Source of the DNA: Lingula anatina
Taxonomy: Eukaryota; Animalia; Brachiopoda
Length of the DNA stretch: 64,000 nucleotides
Reading direction: 5' to 3'
Assembly: GCA_051362555.1 (NCBI GenBank)
Contig: CM120640.1
Location: 28,916,503 to 28,980,502, forward strand
Positions 54,163-64,000 of this stretch are shown here, one piece after another (positions within the stretch are counted from its first letter, which is position 1; each line of letters opens with the position of its first letter). The notes beneath the pieces were generated by a model. That model searched no databases. It was not told where the DNA came from and saw nothing but the letters and a program-made list of their open reading frames with translations. The translations under genes and the position numbers were made by a program.

Positions 54163-55103
54163 TCTGGGGGTGTGAGGTGGAATACAACCATAGGGCCTGA
54201 CCCAATGTTACCGGGAACTGCTGCTGAGGGTCGACCGCTGTACCGCCTAGCCATATTGCTTGATTCAAAGAGACCCGCTGGGTGCACGGAGTGACATCCG
54301 GGGCAGTGCTTTTTTCAACCTTTAGTTCCCCATTGTCCGGGTCCGGCTGTTGGGAGTCATCGGCCTCATTTTCTTCACCACCACTGAGATACAGTTTGAT
54401 TATTTCACTGGGTGTGGTAGTCCTACGGCAGATGGGACATTTTTGGTTCTTTTCTAAACCTTCACTAAGGCACCTGTAAAATATGAGAAAAACATTTGGT
54501 AAATAGGGTGTCAATTTTAATTTCATGTTAAAACATGCATATTGTCAAAGCTGATTTCTGTCAGAAGTTACGTCCAACATAATAGACATTATAATTTCTT
54601 ATTCGAAATAGAAAGAAAATAATTATGTACAATTATATTCATATTTTATTACTCAGGTCCCACTGGAGAAATATATATCGCGTAGACGATCTCGTTTGTT
54701 TTTGTTTTCATATTTCAGCCTGAAGGGGGTTTCCCCACACAGTTGGACTTTACCCATTCGCCGATGCGGAAGTGAGAGTGTCATATTTGTTGCAAAAGCA
54801 CACCAAAACGTCTTCTACAAACTTCTTATAACATTCCGTCACAGTTTTGACCAAAATTACTATCATTACCCAACTGCTACATGGCTACTGCGTTGCTTAT
54901 TTGAGTCGCTGCTCGTTAACTGTTTGACAATCAGAGTGACACAAAGCAAGGAATTGTTTTTCTCTCTCACACACACACAGACACTAACCACGAACATTTC
55001 AAACCTCTGCTCTTACTTACTCTGCATGAAACACATGTCCACATGGAATGGTTGCCAGAGCACCCTGGGGAATGGTGTCCAGGCAAATGCTGCATTTAAT
55101 CAT
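54122..55103 (-). CDS. Small RING-H2 finger protein (~144 aa) with a TRAIP/RFWD3-like N-terminal RING
   Basis: Exons 55103-55021 and 54473-54122, joined by a phase-2 GT-AG intron, give MIKCSICLDTIPQGALATIPCGHVFHAE/CLSEGLEKNQKCPICRRTTTPSEIIKLYL, a complete C3H2C3 pattern. The C-terminus could instead splice elsewhere. Confidence 0.75.
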
Positions 55104-56468
55104 GGTTGACGTCTTCCGGGTACAATTATCTCTGTCACCTGACGCACAGGGCGAGTACCCCGACTGCGTGCGATTTCTCTAATTGCGGTTCCTTTGTTTT
55201 CCTAAATGAAATCAATAAATCTGCATGTCGGATATCAAAAGGTACGATTTAAACTCTCCCACACCGCCTACACTATGTGACTATACTGGACTATTTAGAT
55301 TTATCAAAGAATGACTCGGGGTTTTTTTTCCTGAGTGAGGTGACCTCGTTGTCGCACAGGGAAATCCCACAATGTACTTCTTTGTATAGGGGATTTTTTT
55401 TACTCTTTTATTCAGTGATGGTCACTCACAAAACAAACATATACGAAACTCACGCGTATTAAACTGCCTACAGAGTAGGGAGATACTTTTGGAAAAACCG
55501 TTTGTATGAAATATAAGGATGAAAAAACACCGAGTAACCACATTTCAGAAGAACGTGTTTAGATGACTTATCGATTTGCTGGATATTTTATCGACTGGTC
55601 CTTTTGTGATTCGTTACAACCACAATTCTTTCAATATAATTCTTTTAATATTACTTAGTGACTTGTAAGCGATATATATAGAGTTTCTCCAGCCGTAATG
55701 TTCAAAATTCTAATATTAAACAGATTTTCAGAAAGTGTACCGAATCTTTTTGTGTGGTAAATGATGAACACTCTTACATAACTTTTCCATCAGGTAATTA
55801 TTATTATCAAATAATAGACTGACGCTACAATAATCTGCAGATCTGTATTTACTACCAGTGTTTTGTACAAAATTTACAATGACAATACATCAGAAAATAT
55901 GATAAAATACAAGGACTCGCATATTATCAACTGGCAGTCCACAGGTAAAGATTGAATAATTGTGACATTATCTACACAAATGTTGAGATTTTCTAGCGTA
56001 TTTTCTACTGTATTTTTTACAGCTAATCGCATTCATTAATAAATTTCATTAGAAATGACATGACAATGGCCAGATAAGAACAATCATACTGTCATAACAG
56101 TAACAAACATTTTAAGTACAGTTTGAACATTGTAATCAGTGTGACTGGCACCTTCTCTTCATCTCTGATAAACATCTGGAGACAGCTACTGCTGAATAAT
56201 TAACAATTGTAGATAGTTCAAAAAGGCAATCACCTTCAGACTGACGGGAGCAAGACAAATATAGAACTCTGAGAAGTGTTTTATGGACACAAAGGCCATC
56301 GGATTATTTCTTTAATAAAAACAGACATACACTTGGGTTTTCTCCATCAAAATATCTATCACATTAGCAGTACAACACCTGTACTTAATATTAAAAATTG
56401 TAACCTTTTAATGTCAAACCACTATGTAAATGAATGCTGCTTATCAAAATCTTCCTGAGACTAAGAAA

Positions 56469-59400
56469 TTAGTTGTTTTTTAGTAATGATGTCGCTTCCT
56501 GTTTTTTAATGGTTGTTTCATGCAGCGCTTGCTCCACTATACTGAACACAAAGGGTATGCAGCCAAATTTTATGTAGCTCCCATGATGCAACAGTGCTGT
56601 GCCTTCCCAGCCTGCACCACTTCCACCGATTAAACTTGAACTGCTTGTCTTGCAACTACAAATTTTATGGCTCTGAAATGTTGAACAGGAGATTTTTTTA
56701 CAAAAATAAAAAATGAATTTCTTTTAACTCCCAAATGCAAGTAGTTACTGAAATGATATCAAAATGTTTATCCTCCTTGCAGTGCAAAGTGTACATAACT
56801 GTGCATGCATTTATGAATTAACTATAAATTAGCTAACCTGCCCAGCATGAGCACTCATGGTGACCTTCTCTCCTTCTGTCTTGGGGGGTGGAGGAGGTGG
56901 GAGAGGGACCTCTTTTTCCTTCTTTTTCTTTGACTTGCTTATCACTTCTCTGACTTCTTTCACCACTTTGGTAGGCTGAGGTGTACTGGAAGGTTTCTCA
57001 GAGAAGTCACAGGAGTACAGGACATTGTCTACTGTGGTGCCATGCTCACTGTAGTTCAACAGCTCAAAGTGCCGTGTTGTCTGGGAAATGAAAATTTTTT
57101 TTAATCAACATGGATTTACTGACTAAATCAAGTTAGTATTCATGATAAACTTGCTTTTAAAAACCCACGTAAAAATCGCCTCTACCTTTAAAACAACATC
57201 CCTAAATTTGACTCTTAAGACAAACTGAATCATACATTGCATTAAATTTTTTGCCGTAAATTGATTATCCAAGTGTAATGACATATAAAAAAATGAAGGT
57301 CCATGCTCATCTATAGTTACTGCAGGTTGAACACCGACCCTATTAATAGGAATGTTTCTGAAGTCTTACCTCATCATAGAAAATACTGGCATGTCGGGGT
57401 GAAATAAAATTACAGTGGCCATATTGGCTGAGACCTACATCCATATCTGCTCCTACAAACATGAAAGCAAATATTGTTTGAAACACAATGTCACAGTTTC
57501 ATCTATTTCTTTGTCTATGTAACAAAATTTGCACCAAAAAGATACATTCTATCAATAATGCAACATTACTACTCAAATCTGTAGCAACAAAAGTTTCAGT
57601 CCACTTACAAACTAGCATACATGATGACATACACCCTGCAACCCCCTCCCCCCCTTAAATACCCACCTGTTCCTACTGTGAGTGTCCTGTATGGCATGGG
57701 TGCTGGCTGTCCCTTCCCTGTCAGTGGACACAGCAAGGCCCTGGCCTGGACATCTGTGGAACCTGGGGGGTAAATGATGACCACATGTAATCTACTTTCT
57801 AAGATGCTAATGTTTCAATCTCAGTGATCTTGCTTTATTTCAATACAGCATATACACTTTCATTTGAGTCATTAGGGTAACATTAATCCAGTTTTGAAAG
57901 CTGCCACAAAACAGTATTCATGTTCCTCTTAAACCTTATAAAATAAATACTGCATCTCAAAATAATGTTAAGTAAAAAAAATTGAAAAGTAAGAAAAAGG
58001 AAGATGTTAATATGAAAATTCTCAATAATAAATTTCATACTGTTTGCTCTAGTTTTAGAACTGATGCCAGCTGACTTCTGCATTTTTCCATTTTTCTAAT
58101 TCCTAAACATGCTTGTTAGTCCTGTGTGAACTTCAATAGTGTTTACTGAGAGACAACACAAATCACAGGCCTATTAACTATATCTCCTTGTCCTTCTACA
58201 GAACCATGAAATACAAATAACCAAATGAACATTTGTGGTTGGTGCAGTAAACTTTTATCAAAAGCTGAAATATCAGAATCCTAAAAGTGTGCTACTAAAA
58301 AATATTTAAAAATGCAGAGGCTAGCATGCATCAGATCTAAAGCTCTGGGTAACTACTACACACCATCTCTTTGAACAGCACGCACATTGAAGTAACTTAC
58401 AGTTACCTGTTTGAGAGAGCAGTCCATTCAACATGCCTTTCCTCCCTGATGTCTTTGGTGGTAGCAGTTGCTGCAGTCTCTGCCAGGCCAAGATCTGCAC
58501 CAAGCGTTCATCAAGCTTACTTAATTCAAGTTCTACAACACCAACAAAAAACAGAATATCATATGATATAGCATACACTTAACTGTTGTACATAGGTTGC
58601 TGCATATGATAAAGCATCTTTTAAGTTGTTTTCAACTTTCTTTCATGGCACATGTATGCAGCAGTAAACATTTAAAACAGCTAACTTCTAAACCACCCAA
58701 GATATACCAACATGTTACATATCAATAGAAAGCTTATTTCAACAGCTTTTCATTTCATATCCTTATTTTATTATGTAGTCGTTACGTAATGAGATATAAT
58801 GCATAATAGGTGTGCTCAACATGATCTTTACACCTTAAAAACTAGAAGTTCACTACAAATGGACATGTGTAGACAGCTTGACTCGTGAGCCCTCACTGGG
58901 ATCAACAAGAATGCGCCTCAAATTAGCAATATGGGTTAAATTAGCAGAGATATCAAAATAAACCTGCTTTCCAGTCTTTTAACAAATATGCCTTTCTCTT
59001 ACCTGCATTCCCATCAATGAAAGCCTGGAGATTGTTATTGAGGTTGATTATTGCTGGAGAGGAGCTCAGTGTCCCAGCTACATTTAACTTATTGGGAGCA
59101 CTGTTGGCACTAGGACTGGATTTCACTAAAAACAGAAAGATAAGCCAATTCTTTTGAAGACCAGAGTAGGAATACCATCAAACTTCCACGTAATTAGTTA
59201 ATACAGGTTTAGTATTGCAAGATGCATAATGACAGTGTCTAGTTAGATGACAAAATGTTGTATTTTCCTGGTGAGGACTTCGTGACCACTAAATGGTCAC
59301 TTGACTGTTCACATAACAGAGGGAAGGGAATCAAGTCCATGTCCAGTTTACTGTCCCAGATAAATGAAACTTGAACCCCTCTTTGATTGCTGAGCCACTG

Positions 59401-62400
59401 CTCTCCTGTGTTGACTTCTCTTCAGTGATAACCTCCATAGAGTTATCTGTTACACAAAGTTGCACAATTTGGACTCTGTAAACTTGCCACTTTATCTACA
59501 GAAAGTTTGCTTCTATTGAAGTCCTTATGAGGCAGACACAACTTCATCTATCTAGACATTAACATTGTCTGGTAACTTAAATTAAATAAAAATATATAAC
59601 CTGAACTAGTTTGCTGTAGAAAAGGAAAATGGCAAGTACACTTTATTAAATTTTTATCAGGTTAAAAGAATCAACTTAATATGAGAAACTTTTAAACATC
59701 AATACAAAACTAAAATATTCAAAAAGTCCCACATGATCCTTACCTGCACCAGGTGCTGTGACAGTGATAACTTTGGATGTGGCATTGACCCCCGTCCCTG
59801 ACACCACTGTCACTTTCCCAGTAAACCCCTTGGCAGCACTGCCACCACCTATCCTATTGGTCAGTATGGATGTGGGAGTTCCTGCAGGTTTTGAAGGCCC
59901 AGAGCTACTGGATGCTGTCCTTCCCTGCTGGTTTCCGCTCGTCACGACCTTTGTGACCACAGTGCCGCTCTGTTTGTTCACAGTTCCAAGAACTATACTT
60001 TTTGAATGTACAGGTGTCTGTTTATCACCATGAGGGACTGTCACTTTCACCACATTGGGTGATGACAACAAATCAGTCCTCCCTGAACTCACTATTGACT
60101 CTGATTTACACTTATTCAGATCTGTTTCTCCATTGGGCGTGAGGCACCCTGTGTTTAGCAAAGATACTGGTCCGTTTTGCCTAGGCAACTCTGCTGATGC
60201 TGATGCTGCATTAGCAGTAAAAGGTCCATTAGGCAAGGATTCCTGAGTTGGAGATCCTAGTCCTCCATTAAGAAGAGTCTTTTGGTCGCCAGTGGTTTTG
60301 GTCTCTGAGAGAGAGCTGGTACTGCCACTAGACGGTGTGGGACTAGTTGTACCAGAAAACTCCTGTTTGATTGTGGGCAGTACTGATGCTGTAGGCTTTT
60401 GTTCTGCAGCTTTGGTGGCTGCTGTGCTTGATGTTGCTGAGGCTGAGGCACCTCCGGCTTGCTCCTGCTCTCCCTGATTTTCTTTCTGTAGCTGTTTCTG
60501 AGCTAGGTGCTTGCATATGCTGGTCTGGAAGGCCACTACACTGGATAACCACTGACGAGAGAAAATTATACATTAACCATTACACTGGAAAGGTGGGCAA
60601 TGAAAAATTTAGACAGTATTGAGATATGCAGGGCTAGACACTAACTTTTATGAGCACCTGTCCTTCGGACAGGTGCTCATAAATTTGACCTGTCCGATTT
60701 TCAATCCAACCTGTCCTCAAAACCAATAATTTTTTTCTATTCATAGGTTTGAACTTTGTCAATTTATATGTGTGGTCATACATTTAAATTAATGTATATA
60801 TTACCAAAACATCCAATCATATGAGCCCCGAAAATGCACCTTAAAGTGAATCTATGTTCAGATTAAAATTTGTTTTTTCATACTTGTGAACTCCTGAAGA
60901 TTAAATCTTGCATTTAAGTCTGATAATTCACATCAGGGCTTCTCCTAGGATTTGGGGTACAGGGTCTACTAATTGTAAGTCTGCAATTTGATAACAGATT
61001 CACATGAAGTTTAACCAAAGCTAAAAAAAAACCCTGAGTGGGAAGTGGGGAGGGGGTACAGTACTGTTAAATTAATTTTATTAAAATATTCAAAATTTAT
61101 AATATTTGAATAAATTTCAATGAAAATTAAAGAAATTTTATAATACTTTACTTATATTTATGTTAACAATTTAACTTTTTAAGGGGTTATCACGTGTTTG
61201 ATTTTTTAAACATATATGAACTAAATAAAATCAGTATAAAAAAGTTCCCCTTCTTTTTATTAAAATTCTCATATTTGTTATTACTAATTTCTTCCTTACA
61301 TCAATATCACACTGGTATATGAGAGCAATGTTAATTTATCATAATCCAGCACTAAATTTTAAACTGTAAATAGGGAGGTCAGGTCACACCGCTCACGCAG
61401 TCGAAAACGGGAAGAAATCTAACCTCGCTGTTTGTTTTCCATCATAACTTCCAAGATTTGGGTCCTATGATAAATATGAAAATATATTTAAAAAGTGCAT
61501 TGAATGGGCTTTCGATCAATATGTGTAACAATGTATCATGTCTCTGTTGTAAGCCTCCAGCCACGAAAATGCTGCGAGAAATCGCCGGTGATTTCACTTC
61601 CTCGTTTGGTTCCCACTATTTACGAATTTTGCTCAACATGCGCATTTCGCGCCATTTTTCTAAAAGCTCCGTACGGCGTCCCTGATGTTATTTCCTCATA
61701 TTTGGACACGTATTCATGAGGAGAATGAATCAAGCGTTCGAGTGAGGGGTTACAGAAGTTAACTCAACCGAAAACAGCAACCAAAACTAGCTTGTAAAGT
61801 TTTTAATCGTGTTTTAGAGTTAGAACAACGAATTTCTGAAAGTTCTGTAACCCCTACCTAAATTTTTAAACTAATTTTCGGTTCAAATCAGTTTTTTATT
61901 TATCATTTTTTGGTAAGATAGAGCCGTAAGAGCCGTTAGAAAATCAGTGACTTTGATCTTACCGCAAACAAAATGGCGGACGCACCAAGCTATTCTGCTG
62001 ATGAAAAAGCAACTGCACTTTCAGCACCCAAAGAGGATCAAGATATCAGAATATCTAATCAGAAAATCTTTGAATTGTTCACGAAACCCAGTGATATTGA
62101 TAAAACGCCTACAATTCAAGAATATAGAGTTTATTTTATTTTTCAAACAAAGTATGAAATTACGTACGATATTGATGGGGCTAGTGCTTTTTTCGTCTTT
62201 GAACTCGTCAGTGAACATAAAAAGGGGAATCTTAATTAAAATCATGCATGGAGATATGCAATAACTCTAGAATGGTTTATGATAGCCGAACAAAAGGGAA
62301 CAAAAAAAAATATTTATTTATTTATTTTTTCTTAATAACAAAAAAAAAAAAGGAAATTCCTAAAACTGCCATTATGTTATTTCAGTCTCTCCAAAATTGT

Positions 62401-64000
62401 ATTACCTACCTGCTATGATGTCCAATATCAATTAAATTTTTTTGGCAAAATTATAACTTACCAAAATCGGATGTTATTTATTTTCATTGTGCATTCTGGT
62501 ATTTTTTTACTAGTTAAACCTTAAAATCGTATATGCAATTGTCATTGTAATAGTGGTTGTCATGGCAACAGTGACAGAGTATTTGTTTACTACTTAACTT
62601 AAATTCATAAACTGAGTACCAAGAGTGTTTCCCACTTCATATTCAGTTTAAAAATTCATGATAATGTGTAAAAAAATAATTCAAACAGTTACCATAGCAA
62701 CAGCTATCATAATGACGATTTTCATAGCAACAGATACATTAGAAGCTATTATTTTTTATTTTAGTGATGGCACATTATTTAGCATCATTTTCATCCAAAA
62801 GTAGCCTTTGGACAGTGATGCTGAAGCCTTAGGTTGAAAAATCAAAAAAATAATATCGATCGCTATTGATATTTAGTAATGGTTGCCATGGAAATAATGA
62901 ATAAATTACAGAAAATTGTATCTTGTCAGATTCTCCTTGGCATAGTGTAACTTTCCAGAAAATTTCAAATGGATATTTCACTCCATTCAAAAGTTATGCC
63001 AATTTTGTTTTATTGATTGGGCAATTAGGTGACACTTTTGGCTTCCACTGTTACATATGCTTGCATACAAGACATTTTCAAAATTTTGTGGCCGACTAGC
63101 ATTCTTGAAAATTTAATAACTTTTGATTGGCTTGCTTGATTTTCAAAAAATAAACTGTTTTGGAAAGCTCATGAATTGCTCTATCAGATAAGATCATTTT
63201 GGCTGATATTTATGTTACTATCAAAGTTGACCTGACCTCCCTACTGTAAATAACAGAGGTGATGCTAGAGTCATTCAAAAAAAAAACATCATACAAAATT
63301 TCAGGTTATATTTTGGCAAATAAACAACATTTCAACAAGATCTTCAGCCCCAAAGATTTCACTTTCTATAGTGAGCAGATAGCATACAACGTGTTTGATT
63401 GACAGGCAGTTTGTTGCCGTGACAACGAACTAGATATAGCCAGTTCATCCAGTCCAATCTGGCTCCAGCACAGTACTTGTGTAGATTCTGTTTATGGAAG
63501 TGTCTTTATTACTAAACCACGTAAATTTTTAACTAAATGAATGTTCAGTAGTGAACCTGATATGTGAATAAATTTTGTCTGCTGAAGTTCTGGAGGGTGT
63601 TCACTTTCATAATTTGGCGGTAAGTTTGCTCAGACTTCGTTTTGCGACTGCATGTGTTTTGTGCCAAAAGTAGGTCACTCTTTTTCAATGTCGTCTAGGA
63701 AGAGGCAAAAAGACGTTAGTATGCAACAAAAAATGATTTTTAAAAGATTTTTGCTCCAAATTTCTCATAAAGCATGACCTGTCCGTCGGACAGCCAACCC
63801 TGCAACTTCACCTGTCCGAACTGAATTTTTACCTGTCCCGGACAGGCGGACAGGCGCTAATGTCGAGCCCTGATATGCTCTTAACAATGGTATATTCTTA
63901 ACAATGAAATTCATCAGAAGGGAATTTTAATACATATATCTATGATAAGCTCACTTCTTCTTGTTCCTCTAGTGTAGTTTCAGCCTGAGGGGCAGTGGAC
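56469..64000 (-). CDS. PHF12: PHD finger protein 12 (PHF12/Pf1, SIN3B complex), 3' portion with FHA domain; continues beyond the window
   Basis: Exons >64000-63955, 60551-59744, 59125-59003, 58532-58407, 57762-57667, 57452-57370, 57080-56838 and 56672-56469. The motifs [104 protein letters not shown] and [20 protein letters not shown] match PHF12 as I recall it. Confidence 0.93.
60629..63872. mobile_element. Non-autonomous DNA transposon with CAGGG termini and 5-bp TSD (hAT5-like), outer element, in a PHF12 intron
   Basis: TIR CAGGGCTAGACACTA / TAATGTCGAGCCCTG (13/15 match). ATATG is duplicated at 60624-60628 and 63873-63877. Subterminal (A)CCTGTCC repeats occur at both ends. Confidence 0.85.
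61371..63243. mobile_element. Nested 1.87-kb DNA transposon with TAGGG termini and 7-bp TSD (hATw-like)
   Basis: Perfect 16-bp TIR TAGGGAGGTCAGGTCA / TGACCTGACCTCCCTA. CTGTAAA is duplicated at 61364-61370 and 63244-63250. The short internal ORF 61973-62239 may be a transposase N-terminal remnant. Confidence 0.88.

Noticed and set aside
60934-61036. Possible third nested element (CAGGGCTT...AAACCCTG)
   Set aside because: Weak TIR match and no target-site duplication.

Overview
AT-rich, intron-containing eukaryotic DNA from an invertebrate bilaterian (lophotrochozoan-like gene and repeat content; the taxon is an inference). I reconstructed spliced gene models by hand from splice sites and frame continuity. 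In order: the 3' part of RPRD2 (+); an intronless 179-aa orphan ORF (-); a LINE L2-type RT fragment; a complete 13-exon AFG1L/LACE1 (-); a MANSC-domain mucin-like type I membrane protein (+); a 184-aa orphan ORF with a TM helix (+); a complete 7-exon TBX1/10 (org-1) T-box gene (-) with large introns and a long upstream non-coding region; a small two-exon RING-H2 gene (-); and the 3' part of PHF12 (-). Several non-autonomous DNA transposons and foldback elements lie in introns. The clearest is a nested pair in a PHF12 intron: an element with a 7-bp TSD inside one with a 5-bp TSD, both carrying RFX X-box-like palindromes. I see no prokaryotic features, CRISPR array or RNA gene, and no convincing novel multi-gene system. 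The best leads are the orphan ORF with a candidate RFX/forkhead promoter, the nested atypical hAT-like elements, the divergent tail and Trp-rich stalk of the MANSC protein, and the atypical RING gene. Family assignments come from recalled sequence similarity, not from database searches.
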